A stretch of DNA of 64,000 nt from the NCBI GenBank assembly GCA_028718745.1, contig JAQULF010000001.1, positions 31,666 to 95,665 on the forward strand. Direction: 5' to 3'. The notes beneath the pieces are model-generated. The model saw only the letters and a program-made list of their open reading frames with translations, did no database searches and was not told where the DNA came from. This stretch comes from Patescibacteria group bacterium (GTDB lineage Bacteria > Patescibacteriota > JACPGU01). Every line of letters starts with the position of its first letter. Position 1 is the first letter of the stretch. A program made the translations under genes and the position numbers. Positions 9,450 to 19,558 of the stretch are shown one piece after another.

Positions 9450-11279
9450 TTATGAAATAATTATTGCTTCAAATTCCTCGCGTTCAATTACTTCTTTCTC
9501 AAGAAGCACCGACGCGATTTTATCTAAAATATCCTTGTGATTGGTTACGATGCCGTTCGCAACTGTTTCGGCTTTGGTCATAATAATTTGAACTTCATCG
9601 TCAATCGCTTGCGCGGTTTTTTCCGAATAATTTTTGGCTTCAGCAATATCGCGACCCAAAAAAACCATTTCGTCTTTATCATGAAAACTGATCGGCCCAA
9701 GTCGATCGCTCATACCATATTCTTTCACCATTTTACGCGCCATAGAAGTTGCTTGCGTTAAATCATTTTGCGCTCCAGTGGTTAGCTCGCCAAAAATTAA
9801 AATTTCGGATTCGCGACCAGCAAGATAAACTGCGATATCATCTTCAAAAGCGGTTTTTGATTTTAGAACGCGATCAAATTCCGGCGGATTCCAAGTGTAG
9901 CCCAAAGCTCTTCCGCGAGAGACAATGGAAATTTTTTGCACCGGATCAGCATTTGGCAAAAAGTGTGCAACCAGAGCATGGCCGGCTTCATGATAAGCCG
10001 TGATTTTTCTTTCTTCTTCGGTAATAACTTTGCTTTTTCGCTCCGGACCCATGAGGGTTTTTTCAATTGCTTCACCAATATATTCCATGCTGATTGTGGT
10101 TTTGTTATCGCGCGCGGATAATATCGCCGCTTCGTTCAAAAGATTGCGCAGATCAGCGCCGGAAAATCCCGGGGTTTTTTGCGCTATTTTAAATAAATCA
10201 ACATTGCCTTCCAAGGGTTTTGTTTTCACATGAACTTTCAAAATCGCTTCTCTTTCTTTAATATCCGGCAAATCAATCAAAACTCTTCGATCAAATCTTC
10301 CCGGACGAAGTAGTGCCGGATCCAAAACATCGGGACGGTTCGTTGCCGCCATGACAATCACACCGGAGTCGGTATCAAATCCGTCGAGTTCTACTAAAAT
10401 TTGATTCAAAGTTTGTTCTCTTTCATCATGCGATCCGCCAAGTCCTGCTCCTCTTTGACGGCCCACTGCATCTATTTCGTCTATAAAAATAATACAAGGC
10501 GCGTTTCTTTTTGCCTTGGCGAAGAGATCGCGAACGCGTGAAGCTCCGACCCCCACAAACATTTCCACAAATTCCGAACCGGAAATTGAGAAAAATGGAA
10601 CACCGGCTTCTCCGGAAACCGCTTTGGCTAACAAAGTTTTGCCCGTTCCCGGAGGTCCAAGAAGAAGTACCCCCTTGGGAATTTCGGCACCCATATCTTT
10701 ATATTTCTTCGGATTTTTCAAAAAGTCTACAATTTCAACTAGATCTTTTTTGGCTTCTTCAGATCCGGCCACATCTTTAAAAGTGACGCGGGAATCCTGC
10801 AGATTTACTCGAGCGCGAGATTTACCAAAAGACAATGCCTGCTGATTGGCGCCTTGAGCCGATCTCAACATCATCCAAACAAATCCGGCCATCAGTAAAA
10901 ATAGAAGCGCTGTCGGAAGTATATCTAACCAAATGGAACCGGTATCGCTATTTTTAATCTCGATATTGGTTTTATCCGGAGTAATTCCATAAGCGGTCAA
11001 AGAAATAGCCGCTTCCTTGTAGGCAATTTGTTCATTCTTGCCGTCTTTTGCTTCTTTAAGGAAAATATCCAGTTTGTCGCCATCAACCAAAATGCGATCG
11101 ACTTGACCTTGTTTAACCTCTTCAACAACTTGGGAGATATTAACTTGCGTAGTTTTAGTACTAGTCGTTTCAGTTGCTTTGGAATAAGCAAAACTAGCCC
11201 CTATCACCAGGATTAAAATTAGGATTAACCAATTGTTTTTTAGAATCTTTCCAAACCCGTTTTTCTTTTCGTTTGCCAT
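9450..11279 (-). CDS. ftsH: ATP-dependent zinc metalloprotease FtsH
   Basis: Two TM segments, [24 protein letters not shown]; true start likely MANEKK at 11279. Confidence 0.98.
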   Translation of the reverse strand: MANEKKNGFGKILKNNWLILILILVIGASFAYSKATETTSTKTTQVNISQVVEEVKQGQVDRILVDGDKLDIFLKEAKDGKNEQIAYKEAAISLTAYGITPDKTNIEIKNSDTGSIWLDILPTALLFLLMAGFVWMMLRSAQGANQQALSFGKSRARVNLQDSRVTFKDVAGSEEAKKDLVEIVDFLKNPKKYKDMGAEIPKGVLLLGPPGTGKTLLAKAVSGEAGVPFFSISGSEFVEMFVGVGASRVRDLFAKAKRNAPCIIFIDEIDAVGRQRGAGLGGSHDEREQTLNQILVELDGFDTDSGVIVMAATNRPDVLDPALLRPGRFDRRVLIDLPDIKEREAILKVHVKTKPLEGNVDLFKIAQKTPGFSGADLRNLLNEAAILSARDNKTTISMEYIGEAIEKTLMGPERKSKVITEEERKITAYHEAGHALVAHFLPNADPVQKISIVSRGRALGYTWNPPEFDRVLKSKTAFEDDIAVYLAGRESEILIFGELTTGAQNDLTQATSMARKMVKEYGMSDRLGPISFHDKDEMVFLGRDIAEAKNYSEKTAQAIDDEVQIIMTKAETVANGIVTNHKDILDKIASVLLEKEVIEREEFEAIIIS

Positions 11280-11430
11280 AATAGATCGATTATAGTATAT
11301 TTTGCCTTTCCTGTCAATTTTTGGCTTGAAAACGGGAAAAAAGTATAAAAACAAAGAGCGGCGACTTTCTGCGAAAGTCGCCGCCATGGGTTTGCTCTGG
11401 ATGATCCGAGAATTGAGCGGGAGGTATTCA

Positions 11431-11625
11431 TTATGGGGTAGCCACGGAGAATTTTTTGGTATCAAACCGTCTTACCAGCACACCACCTCTTGGACCTTTG
11501 AAACGGACAACCGTGATGTCCTTGCCCCTTCTGCCTTTCTCATGGCCAACCTCTACAATACCCGGAATGGTTCTGATCTCGCCATTTCCCAGATTAGTTA
11601 CCTCAAGCTTTTTTGGTAATGTCAT
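11431..11625 (-). CDS. Small hypothetical protein
   Basis: G-rich SD before ATG; followed by a hairpin terminator at ~11359-11385. Confidence 0.5.
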   Translation of the reverse strand: MTLPKKLEVTNLGNGEIRTIPGIVEVGHEKGRRGKDITVVRFKGPRGGVLVRRFDTKKFSVATP

Positions 11626-11867
11626 GATCGTTTCCCCCTATTTGGAGTAAATTTTGTTCGCTTGGTTGGTAAGATACGACAGGCGCCTTTTGGCGCAAAC
11701 AAAAAACTGACCTTTACGATCAGCCTTCTATTTACAATAAATCCAGAAATAAAATTAGCTGATCGTATGGTCAGTAGTAAAGAAAAAATACCAGCTATTT
11801 TGAATCAGGATTTTATTCATTGTAGAAACATTATAGCATGTCTAAAAAATATGTAAAGTGAATTGAA

Positions 11868-12188
11868 TTATCTTATCAAGCCGGTACGAGCGATAACAAG
11901 AATGATGATTGTAAATAGAGCCAGCCAGCCAATGGTAAAATAAAGCATTTTTAGCGCTTCCTTCTTCTTATTTTCTAGAAAGAGTATAACCGGTTTGCCA
12001 AAAACCAGAAATCCGCAAATAGCTGCGGAAACAACAAGAAGCATTAAAACAGCTACTCCGACTAAAGCGCCGTCAGTCTGATCAAGAGTCTTAGTGCCGC
12101 TATTCATAATCACAACTACAATCATTACATAAATAAGTGTACCGATAGCCTGTAAAAAACTGGTTAAAACAATGCTGGTCTTTTTCAT
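11868..12188 (-). CDS. Small 3-TM membrane protein
   Basis: Three hydrophobic segments; LLVVSAAICGFLVFGKP. Confidence 0.8.
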   Translation of the reverse strand: MKKTSIVLTSFLQAIGTLIYVMIVVVIMNSGTKTLDQTDGALVGVAVLMLLVVSAAICGFLVFGKPVILFLENKKKEALKMLYFTIGWLALFTIIILVIARTGLIR

Positions 12189-12342
12189 ACTTTTAAAATT
12201 ATTATTATTCCCTGCATTATAACCCCGCCAATCATTCTTGGCAAATGGACAAAAAAAGAAGGCTAAGAAATTTCTCGCCTCCTCTCCACGGAAATGATGA
12301 GTGTTTTTGAATCTTTGCCAAAAAGCTGTTCGCTCATTAGCA

Positions 12343-12540
12343 TTATCTACCGCCCCAAACTGCCCTACCGGTTTTACTCCCGGATGATGAGGGGCATTTT
12401 GGGCAATGATGGGTAATGGTGGCTACCCCGGAAGACGCAAAGCCTACATCCTTTTTTTCGGTGCGCTCCATCACAGACCCGCATGTCAGACATCTTTTCT
12501 TCTGCTCTTCCGGCTGTTTTCTTGCTCTCGTTTTTGCCAT
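12343..12540 (-). CDS. Small zinc-ribbon protein
   Basis: CLTC...CPKC; GAAAGGGG SD. Confidence 0.6.
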   Translation of the reverse strand: MAKTRARKQPEEQKKRCLTCGSVMERTEKKDVGFASSGVATITHHCPKCPSSSGSKTGRAVWGGR

Positions 12541-12634
12541 TTTCAGCCCCTTTCAGAATAAATTCATTCCAGGTCGATTTCAATTACGGAAATTGCCCGA
12601 TGTTCGCAAATCAAATTAATAAAGGTGCTTTGAC

Positions 12635-13381
12635 TTAGGCTTCTATTTTCGAAAACAGATAACTGCCGATAAACATTAACGCTAAAGTTACCAAGCTTAA
12701 AACTAATAAATCCGTAGCTAGCGGAAAGCTATGAATGCCATCAAAACAATAGCGCAACCCATCCACTCCATAAGCCAAGGGATTCGCTTTAACAACTACA
12801 GTCAAAATTTTAGACAAACCATTTAGCGGAAATAAAGCTCCGGAAAGGAAAAAGATCGGCATAACCAGAAAATTCATGATCAATTGGAAACCTTGCATAT
12901 CCTGCAGCATTGAAGCGATAGCAGTACCGAGAGCTGTGAAAAGGAGAGCAATTAGAAATACAAAGACGAGAGCTAGCGGAAGCAAGGTAAGAGTGGTTGG
13001 CCGAAATCCTGCAATCAAAGAAATGAGAAAAACGATTATGCCTTGAAAAGTAGCTACGGTCGCTCCGCCCAAAGTTCTACCTAACATAATCTGAATTCTA
13101 GGAACCGGCGCTACCAGCGTTTCTTTCAAAAATCCAAACTGCCTGTCCCAGATGATTTCTATTCCAGAAAAAAGAGCGGTGAAAAGAATACTCATAGCGA
13201 TAATCCCGGGAGCCAAGAAATTGAGATAATTACCTCCGCCGGCCTTGGCATAAATCGGACCGAAACCAAATCCTAAGGCTACTAAGAACAGCAAAGGCTG
13301 ACCCAATGATCCGATAATTCGGGATCGGGATCGGAAGTATCTTTTTAATTGTCTCAACCAAAGTATGTATATTGTACTCAT
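12635..13381 (-). CDS. ABC-2 type permease (DrrB-like)
   Basis: FLAPGIIAM, DRQFGFLKETLVAP, FFLSGALFP, NPLAYGVDGLR. Confidence 0.93.
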   Translation of the reverse strand: MSTIYILWLRQLKRYFRSRSRIIGSLGQPLLFLVALGFGFGPIYAKAGGGNYLNFLAPGIIAMSILFTALFSGIEIIWDRQFGFLKETLVAPVPRIQIMLGRTLGGATVATFQGIIVFLISLIAGFRPTTLTLLPLALVFVFLIALLFTALGTAIASMLQDMQGFQLIMNFLVMPIFFLSGALFPLNGLSKILTVVVKANPLAYGVDGLRYCFDGIHSFPLATDLLVLSLVTLALMFIGSYLFSKIEA

Positions 13382-13384
13382 ATT

Positions 13385-14179
13385 TTAATGTCTCCACATT
13401 TTTCGATGCATGCGCATGTCCGCTTGCGTACTTTGCGCTTCCTCGCGAATATCTCTGCCGGTTAAAGCCAAAAAAGCTTCTTCCAAAGAATTGGTTTCGG
13501 TTTTTTTCTTCAATTCCGCAGGTGAACCGGCTGCAACGATTTTGCCGTGATCGATAACATTGACCTCATCGGCCACCCTTTCCGCTTCATCCATATAGTG
13601 AGTGGTAAAAAATACCGTGATGCCCTCTCGCTTATTTAAATTTTTTATATAACTCCAAATATGGTTTCTAGTTTGCGGATCAAGCCCCAAGGTCGGTTCG
13701 TCCAAAAAGAGTATTTTAGGATGATGCAGTAACCCTCGAGCAATTTCCAATCTTCTTTTCATTCCTCCGGAAAAATTTTTGGTCGGTTCATTTCTGCGAT
13801 CCCAAAGTTCTACTATATTTAATAATTCTTCAATTCTTTTTTTACGGACTTTTTTGGGAACGGAATACAAAACACCGTGCAATTCCATATTTTCCAAAGC
13901 GGTCAATTCTTCGTCGAGCGATGGATCTTGAAAAACAATTCCAAAGGAACGCCTGACTCCATCCTCATCTTTTACCGAATCATATCCCGCTAAAGAAATT
14001 TTTCCTTCGGTTGGATCAAGCAAGGTCGTCAACATTCTAATCGTAGTTGTTTTTCCGGCGCCATTAGGACCCAAAAATGCAAAAACGATTCCCTTCGATA
14101 CTACAAAGGAGATACTGTCAACAGCCGTAAACTCGCCGTACTTTTTAGTCAGATTTTTGACTTCAATGATATTTTCCAT
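13385..14179 (-). CDS. ABC transporter ATP-binding protein (DrrA-like)
   Basis: GPNGAGKTT, FSGGMKRR, LFLDEPT, TTHYMDEA; start ATG 14179. Confidence 0.93.
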   Translation of the reverse strand: MENIIEVKNLTKKYGEFTAVDSISFVVSKGIVFAFLGPNGAGKTTTIRMLTTLLDPTEGKISLAGYDSVKDEDGVRRSFGIVFQDPSLDEELTALENMELHGVLYSVPKKVRKKRIEELLNIVELWDRRNEPTKNFSGGMKRRLEIARGLLHHPKILFLDEPTLGLDPQTRNHIWSYIKNLNKREGITVFFTTHYMDEAERVADEVNVIDHGKIVAAGSPAELKKKTETNSLEEAFLALTGRDIREEAQSTQADMRMHRKMWRH

Positions 14180-14265
14180 AAAAAACATTGTAGCACAAAA
14201 ACTGTTTTTTGAAAAGCAAAATCCCAAGTGGAGTCACCACCTGGGATTTATTTGTTACATGATGA

Positions 14266-14961
14266 TTACTCAAAATCGCTGCCCCAGACCCGGTCGGCCA
14301 CGCGCTCAAGGCGACACAGCGGAAACATGGACCAGAATTTTTTCTCCTGACCAGGGAAAGTGTAGTGCGGCGCGTAACTTGTTACCTGCAGTTCCTTGAA
14401 ACGAGAATGCAGGTGAGGAGTTAGTACCGCCAGCATTTTCCCGAAAGAAGAGGTCATCGTCTTGGCGTCAAGGAGATCTTTTGAGTTGCCATTCGGCTGA
14501 ACCACCTGTTCGAAGTAGCAATTATGTCCGCACGCGCTACCCCAGCGGAAGACTTCTGGGTCGAGACATTTGCTGACTTCTTCTTCGATTGAGCGAGGAT
14601 CATCCGAGATCATCTGACCATGCGCGAGTCTCCACTCAATTTCGGCTTCGCACCAACTCTGCCGGTTGTAGGAATATTCTATGAAGCCATTCCAGTAGCA
14701 GTGCTTGTAATTCTCGTCCCAGCGGCCGTTTTCGTCCGGTCCGTTACCGAATTGTTCGGTCAGAGCCAACATCACAATGAAGGCCTTGCCAGGCACATTG
14801 AAAAACAGACGCGACTCCTGGGCGAATCGGAACATGTCCACATGGTAATGGCTTGTTTTGCTGTTCATCGTGACCCATGCCATGTATCTGAATCCTTTCC
14901 TTATCATTTCATCCATCAATCGCTGGAAATACGCTTTTTCTGCTGTTTTGTAAGGAGCCAT
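14266..14961 (-). CDS. Hypothetical protein (GC-richer orphan)
   Basis: GGAGG SD before ATG 14961; TTGACA..TATAAT promoter at ~15026-15054. Confidence 0.7.
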   Translation of the reverse strand: MAPYKTAEKAYFQRLMDEMIRKGFRYMAWVTMNSKTSHYHVDMFRFAQESRLFFNVPGKAFIVMLALTEQFGNGPDENGRWDENYKHCYWNGFIEYSYNRQSWCEAEIEWRLAHGQMISDDPRSIEEEVSKCLDPEVFRWGSACGHNCYFEQVVQPNGNSKDLLDAKTMTSSFGKMLAVLTPHLHSRFKELQVTSYAPHYTFPGQEKKFWSMFPLCRLERVADRVWGSDFE

Positions 14962-15113
14962 TGGTATCCCTCCGAATTGGATTTGAGGGCTGGGCATCAA
15001 AAAACAGATGCCTAAACCGCATCTAAATTATATAGCAAAAAATAAATTTGTCAATATCTTTCCGGCCTATTTAAGCCAATAATCTTCAAATAAGCTTCCC
15101 GTTTTTACAAACA

Positions 15114-15214
15114 GCGGGGAGGGATTCCTGCTCGCTCCGACTCGCGGCCGGGGCGCTACACACAGAAGCCTTCGCTATGGCTCGGCTTCTATTCGCGCCC
15201 TTCGAATCCTTTCC
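15114..15214 (-). repeat. tRNA T-arm/3'-end-like duplicate split by a 76-bp hairpin insert
   Basis: Plus strand GCGGGGAGGGATTC-[insert]-GAATCC mimics GAGGGTGGGATTC|GAACCC of the adjacent tRNA-Ser. Confidence 0.7.
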
Positions 15215-15220
15215 AACATG

Positions 15221-15258
15221 ATACTAAAAAATGACTCCTTAGAGTCATTTTTTAGTAT
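15221..15258 (-). terminator. Terminator-like palindrome after tRNA-Ser
   Basis: ATACTAAAAAATGACTC-CTTA-GAGTCATTTTTTAGTAT. Confidence 0.75.
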
Positions 15259-15260
15259 AA

Positions 15261-15347
15261 CGGAGAGGGTGGGATTCGAACCCACGAGGAGCTTGCGCCC
15301 CTGACTGTTTTCAAGACAGTTCCATTCGACCACTCTGGCACCTCTCC
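15261..15347 (-). tRNA. tRNA-Ser(TGA), CCA not encoded
   Basis: GGAGAGG acceptor stem, anticodon arm ACTGT-CTTGAAA-ACAGT, long variable arm, GGTTCGAATCC, G discriminator. Confidence 0.97.
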
Positions 15348-15439
15348 ATATCGCTTCTTAAATATACCAAATAAAGAATGTTTTTTCAATTGAAAATAAT
15401 GGGGGAAGACAAATGTCTCCCATAAAACATCATCCATAC

Positions 15440-15479
15440 AAAAACAACAGTTGATTTAACTGTTGTTTTTATCTATAGT
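15440..15479 (+). promoter_or_regulatory. Sigma70-type promoter overlapped by a 13-bp inverted repeat
   Basis: TTGATT-N17-TATAGT (15451-15479); AAAAACAACAGTT-N5-AACTGTTGTTTTT. Confidence 0.55.
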
Positions 15480-15531
15480 GAAATAGAGCTTGTGGCTTCT
15501 GTCACAGAACCAAAACATTAATCAAAAGACC

Positions 15532-16395
15532 ATGTCAGCTTACGATGACTTTCAAAATAGATTCAAACTATTAGCCAGCAAGAATCCACATCTGGTTATA
15601 AATACTTTGTCTAACATTTTTACTATGAGGCTAATCGGCAATAAAACCCATGGTGATTTAGCCGAAATTGGAATGGCCGAATTTATCAATCAGTTTATGT
15701 ATGACTTTAAGAGTATCCATGTCGGCAAGGATTTATTTCGAGCCAAAGAACACGAAGAAGACATTATTATTATCAATGAAATTACAAAAACCGAATTCCC
15801 ATTAAGCTTAAAAGCGTACGGCGACGGTCCTCTCCAGCTTTCGACCGATAGTGATCAAAAAATGTTTCCATTCTTGGAAAAACAGGGAAGAAACATTACG
15901 GATAGAGACAAGATCAAAAAAATCTTTCAGTCAAAAGAATTTGCGGATTTTGATGCGATTAATGTTATGCCTCTTATCTATGATGAGAAAAAACAACGGT
16001 GCAACATAATGATTTTCGATCATAAAAAAGCTATGAGTAAAACAGAAAGAATTATCTTTATTGATAAAAATCAAAGATTTGATTCAGAAACGAGAAGGGT
16101 AATTCCAGGCAAGGGTAGATCGCATCCTATTTTTATGTTTGTTGATAAAAAAAGCAACTACATTTGTGAAGTTCGGTACGGTGGCGCATCCGCCAATGCT
16201 TTACAGAGAGGCTTGTGGACGCATACAAAAAACGCCGTTTCCTATTTTGATTCTTTGACAAACGGCTGGATTGATTATTCTCACAATCACGCTCTTGTAA
16301 CATTATTTAGTCTGGCACTTAACAGTTCGGAATATGGTCATAAATTGGCCAATGAAATATTGCAAAAAGACATTGATAGACTCAAAACGCTATGA
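15532..16395 (+). CDS. Putative type II restriction endonuclease
   Basis: HGDLAE...EEDI...LSLKAY PD-(D/E)xK-like arrangement; overlaps the MTase start (ATGA). Confidence 0.7.
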   Translation: MSAYDDFQNRFKLLASKNPHLVINTLSNIFTMRLIGNKTHGDLAEIGMAEFINQFMYDFKSIHVGKDLFRAKEHEEDIIIINEITKTEFPLSLKAYGDGPLQLSTDSDQKMFPFLEKQGRNITDRDKIKKIFQSKEFADFDAINVMPLIYDEKKQRCNIMIFDHKKAMSKTERIIFIDKNQRFDSETRRVIPGKGRSHPIFMFVDKKSNYICEVRYGGASANALQRGLWTHTKNAVSYFDSLTNGWIDYSHNHALVTLFSLALNSSEYGHKLANEILQKDIDRLKTL

Positions 16396-17582
16396 GCAAT
16401 CAACAAGATATATTTGGGAAAATAATGGTCTCAACGCCAAAAACACAGGGAATAAAATATGCCGGATCCAAACTGAAAATTTTACCCTATATTATTGATA
16501 TTGTCTCGGAATTAAAAGGAGTTAAAAAAGTGCTCGATGGTTTTACAGGAACAACTCGTGTCGCGCAAGCGCTCGCCCAGCTTGGTTATGATGTGACTGC
16601 CAGCGATATTTCCACTTGGTCGGAGGTTTTTGCCAATTGTTATTTGAAATCAAAAAAACCGGATGAGTTTTATCAAGATATTATCAACCATCTCAATGAT
16701 CTCAAGGGTTATGATGGCTGGTACACGAAGTATTACGGCGGAAAATTAACAGGGGATGATAAAAGGCCGTTTCAAGTAAAAAATACGCGCAAATTAGATG
16801 CCATAAGAGATGAAATAGAAAAATTGAATCTGGAGTGGGTTGATAAATGCGTGATTTTAACCAGTTTAATTTATGCGCTCGACTCTGTCGATAGCACTCT
16901 CGGGCATTATGTAGCCTATCTTTCTGAATGGTCGCCGAGATCACATAATGATCTGGTATTAAAACTGCCAAAAAGGTTTGAAGGCGAAGGTAAGCACAAA
17001 GTAATCCGGAGCGATATTTTTGAGACTATTGCAAATGATGAATATGATCTAGCTTATTTTGATCCGCCCTATGGCTCCAACAATGAAAAAATGCCACCTA
17101 GTCGAGTTCGCTACGCATCTTATTATCACATTTGGACAACTATTATAAAGCATGACAAGCCGGTTGTTTTTGGAAAAGTAAATCGCCGAGAAGACAGTCG
17201 GGATTTGGTAGCTGGTTCGGTATTTGAAGAATTTAGAAAGGATAAAAATGGTTCTTTTGTCGCTATGCAGGCGTTGCGCAAATTGGTAAGAGAAACAAAG
17301 GCGCGCTATATATTGTTGTCATATAGCTCCGGTGGTAGAGCCACAAAACAGGAACTCAACGACATAATAAATGAATCGGGTAAATTATTAAAGGCTGTTG
17401 AAATTGACTACAAGAAAAATGTGATGGCTAATATGCGCTGGACGCACGAATGGATCAATAGTGATGAAAAATATCATGAATATCTTTTTCTAATGGAAAA
17501 GAATCCTGTAAAAAGTAGCTATTTAGATCAAGAGCGAATATTTATGAATAAAAAAGTTCTGGTTTGCAATCCGATTGGTTAA
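16392..17582 (+). CDS. DNA adenine methyltransferase (D12 class-like)
   Basis: IKYAGSK, DGFTGTT (motif I), YFDPPY (motif IV), LLSYS. Confidence 0.92.
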   Translation: MSNQQDIFGKIMVSTPKTQGIKYAGSKLKILPYIIDIVSELKGVKKVLDGFTGTTRVAQALAQLGYDVTASDISTWSEVFANCYLKSKKPDEFYQDIINHLNDLKGYDGWYTKYYGGKLTGDDKRPFQVKNTRKLDAIRDEIEKLNLEWVDKCVILTSLIYALDSVDSTLGHYVAYLSEWSPRSHNDLVLKLPKRFEGEGKHKVIRSDIFETIANDEYDLAYFDPPYGSNNEKMPPSRVRYASYYHIWTTIIKHDKPVVFGKVNRREDSRDLVAGSVFEEFRKDKNGSFVAMQALRKLVRETKARYILLSYSSGGRATKQELNDIINESGKLLKAVEIDYKKNVMANMRWTHEWINSDEKYHEYLFLMEKNPVKSSYLDQERIFMNKKVLVCNPIG

Positions 17583-17793
17583 GCAAACATACATCCTACT
17601 GCAATGGCTAATTTGACAAACTTCCCAAAACTACTATACTAAAACCAAGAGAATGATAAACGAAAAAATTTATACCAAAATATATAGTAGAATTTTTTCG
17701 TAAGAGGAGGGATAGCCGAATGTGAGAAAGAAAATCGTTCGCGATTTTCTTGCGAAAATGAAGCTCATCCTGACGAGAGAGGGGGTGATATAA

Positions 17794-18063
17794 ATGAAAG
17801 GAAAAGCAAACAATAATACCTGGGGTCTTATTTGCGGTATATTTCTAGGAGGATTCCACCTGGTCTGGGCTTTGTTAATCGCTGCCGGAGTAGCGCAAGC
17901 TTTAATTGATTGGATTTTCAAACTGCACATGATTCGTCCGCCTTATGTAATCGCTCCATTTGATGCTTTATTGGCGTTAATGCTAGTCGTAGTAACATTC
18001 GTTATCGGATACATAATGGGTTGGGTTTTGGCGGCTATCTGCAACGCTTTTTGCAAGAAATAA
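17794..18063 (+). CDS. Small membrane protein
   Basis: GGGGGTGA SD; HLVWALL...DWIFKLHMI hydrophobic pattern. Confidence 0.8.
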   Translation: MKGKANNNTWGLICGIFLGGFHLVWALLIAAGVAQALIDWIFKLHMIRPPYVIAPFDALLALMLVVVTFVIGYIMGWVLAAICNAFCKK

Positions 18064-18098
18064 TAAAATAAGCGCTGATAATTGTTAAGCATTCACAA

Positions 18099-18170
18099 TA
18101 CTACGAATTACGAATCCGTACGAATATACCAATAATTCGTATATTCGTAAAAAATTTGTAATTCGTAGTA
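18099..18170. repeat. Inverted array of TACGAAT units
   Basis: TACTACGAATTAC ... GTAATTCGTAGTA 13-bp terminal inverted repeat with internal TACGAAT/ATTCGTA copies. Confidence 0.85.
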
Positions 18171-18207
18171 ATGTTAGTGTCTTAGAATAGGAAATACTAT
18201 TTTAGCT

Positions 18208-18903
18208 ATGCAAAAACAAAAAATTTCACCCCGCCCATCTCGGGCGGGGCAAGAATTAACTAAAAAAGAATTATTGCAGGAAGAAAAAGATAAGGATATC
18301 TGGTGGCAGGATTCCAGAAGAAATGGCCGGAAAGCTATCGCCATCATAGTGGTGTTGGTATTTATTTTAATAGCCGTAGGATTAGTGTCGGTTCTTTTTA
18401 ATCAAAGAGAGAAATTAAGCCAAAAAGAAATTGACAAAATAAGGGCGGAGATGGAATTGGTCAAGAAAGATAACCAGGCGGAATTGGATATTTTGCAAAC
18501 GAAATTGGATGCGGCACAGAAAAAATTAGATCAGGCTGAAGAAGAAAAAAACCGGAAAGTAGTCATTGAAGGATCTTTGAGCTATCCGGGTAGTGTTGTA
18601 CCAGCAGATATGACTGTTTGCGCTCAAGATTTGAAAGACGCTAAAAATCTGGTTTGCACCAAAGAGCATATTACCGATAAAAAATATACTTATGGGGTTG
18701 GTTATAAATTGGAAGTGATACCCGGAAGTTACAATGTTTATGCTACTGTCTCCGGCTGGCAGGGCTATCAAGCTTATTACGATGAATTCGTTTCGTGCGG
18801 TATGAAATATGGCTGCACTTCTCATACTCCAATTGAGGTAAAAGCCGAAAGAGGTAAAAATCTTGACGGCATCGATCCGATTGACTGGTATAAACAATCA
18901 TAA
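18208..18903 (+). CDS. Membrane-anchored protein with a coiled coil and a Cys-containing outer domain
   Basis: Single TM, coiled coil, IEGSLSYP..VCA..AYYDEFVSCG..IDPIDWY. Confidence 0.8.
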   Translation: MQKQKISPRPSRAGQELTKKELLQEEKDKDIWWQDSRRNGRKAIAIIVVLVFILIAVGLVSVLFNQREKLSQKEIDKIRAEMELVKKDNQAELDILQTKLDAAQKKLDQAEEEKNRKVVIEGSLSYPGSVVPADMTVCAQDLKDAKNLVCTKEHITDKKYTYGVGYKLEVIPGSYNVYATVSGWQGYQAYYDEFVSCGMKYGCTSHTPIEVKAERGKNLDGIDPIDWYKQS

Positions 18904-18920
18904 GTGCTATAATAAATAAA

Positions 18921-19400
18921 ATGGCAAACACAAATACAAAAGAAAATCGCATCTTGCTCCAATGGAGAGCCGGTGATGAAAAAAAAGATCCCAATACTAT
19001 TGTTTGGATGGTGATTTTATTCGCTCTTACCAGCGCCTCTCTAGTTTATAACTTTGTCCTTCACGAATGGATGGTGGGAATAGTTTTTGCTTTTATGATT
19101 GTTATTCTGATTTGGTATTTTTTCGGTTCTGCCAAATCGGTTGATATTGCCCTAACCACTAATGGAATTCAATTAAATAAACAGTTTTATGATTTTGAGA
19201 ATATCAAAGGATATTGGTTTTCGGAAAGAAGCGGAACTTTTTACATTGAACCGAAAAAAAGAAGTGGCATGGTCATATCTTTTCCGATTGGCAACAAGAA
19301 AATTGAAGAAATTCAGAAAAATCTGCCTGATTATCTGACTGAAATTGAAGGTCGCGGCGAAGATATCCTTGACCGCATCACCCATCTGCTACACATGTAA
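18921..19400 (+). CDS. 2-TM membrane protein with a PH-like tail
   Basis: LLQWRA, two TM segments, GIQLNKQFYDFENIKGYW. Confidence 0.8.
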   Translation: MANTNTKENRILLQWRAGDEKKDPNTIVWMVILFALTSASLVYNFVLHEWMVGIVFAFMIVILIWYFFGSAKSVDIALTTNGIQLNKQFYDFENIKGYWFSERSGTFYIEPKKRSGMVISFPIGNKKIEEIQKNLPDYLTEIEGRGEDILDRITHLLHM

Positions 19401-19471
19401 TCTTCCAAAAAATTAAGAAAAATGATACAATAATCCGGTGTTGGTTGGATTATTTTTTTATTTAAATGTAG

Positions 19472-19543
19472 GTCCTCGTAGTTTAATGGATAGAATGCGG
19501 CCCTGCGAAGGCTGCGATCCAGGTTCGATTCCTGGCGAGGATA
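19472..19543 (+). tRNA. tRNA-Arg(GCG)
   Basis: GTCCTCG/CGAGGAT acceptor stem, anticodon arm CGGCC-CTGCGAA-GGCTG, T arm CCAGG-TTCGATT-CCTGG. Confidence 0.93.
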
Positions 19544-19558
19544 TTTAATTGTAGCAAA

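Noticed and set aside
11280-11465. N-terminal extensions in the ORF track (ftsH, ruvA, and ORFs at 20815, 34914, 32927)
   Set aside because: They run over promoters, terminators or neighbouring genes; downstream starts fit homology and signals better
11707-11774. Inverted repeat CTGACCTTTACGATCAGC / GCTGATCGTATGGTCAG
   Set aside because: Real but single-copy with no assignable function; not enough to call an element
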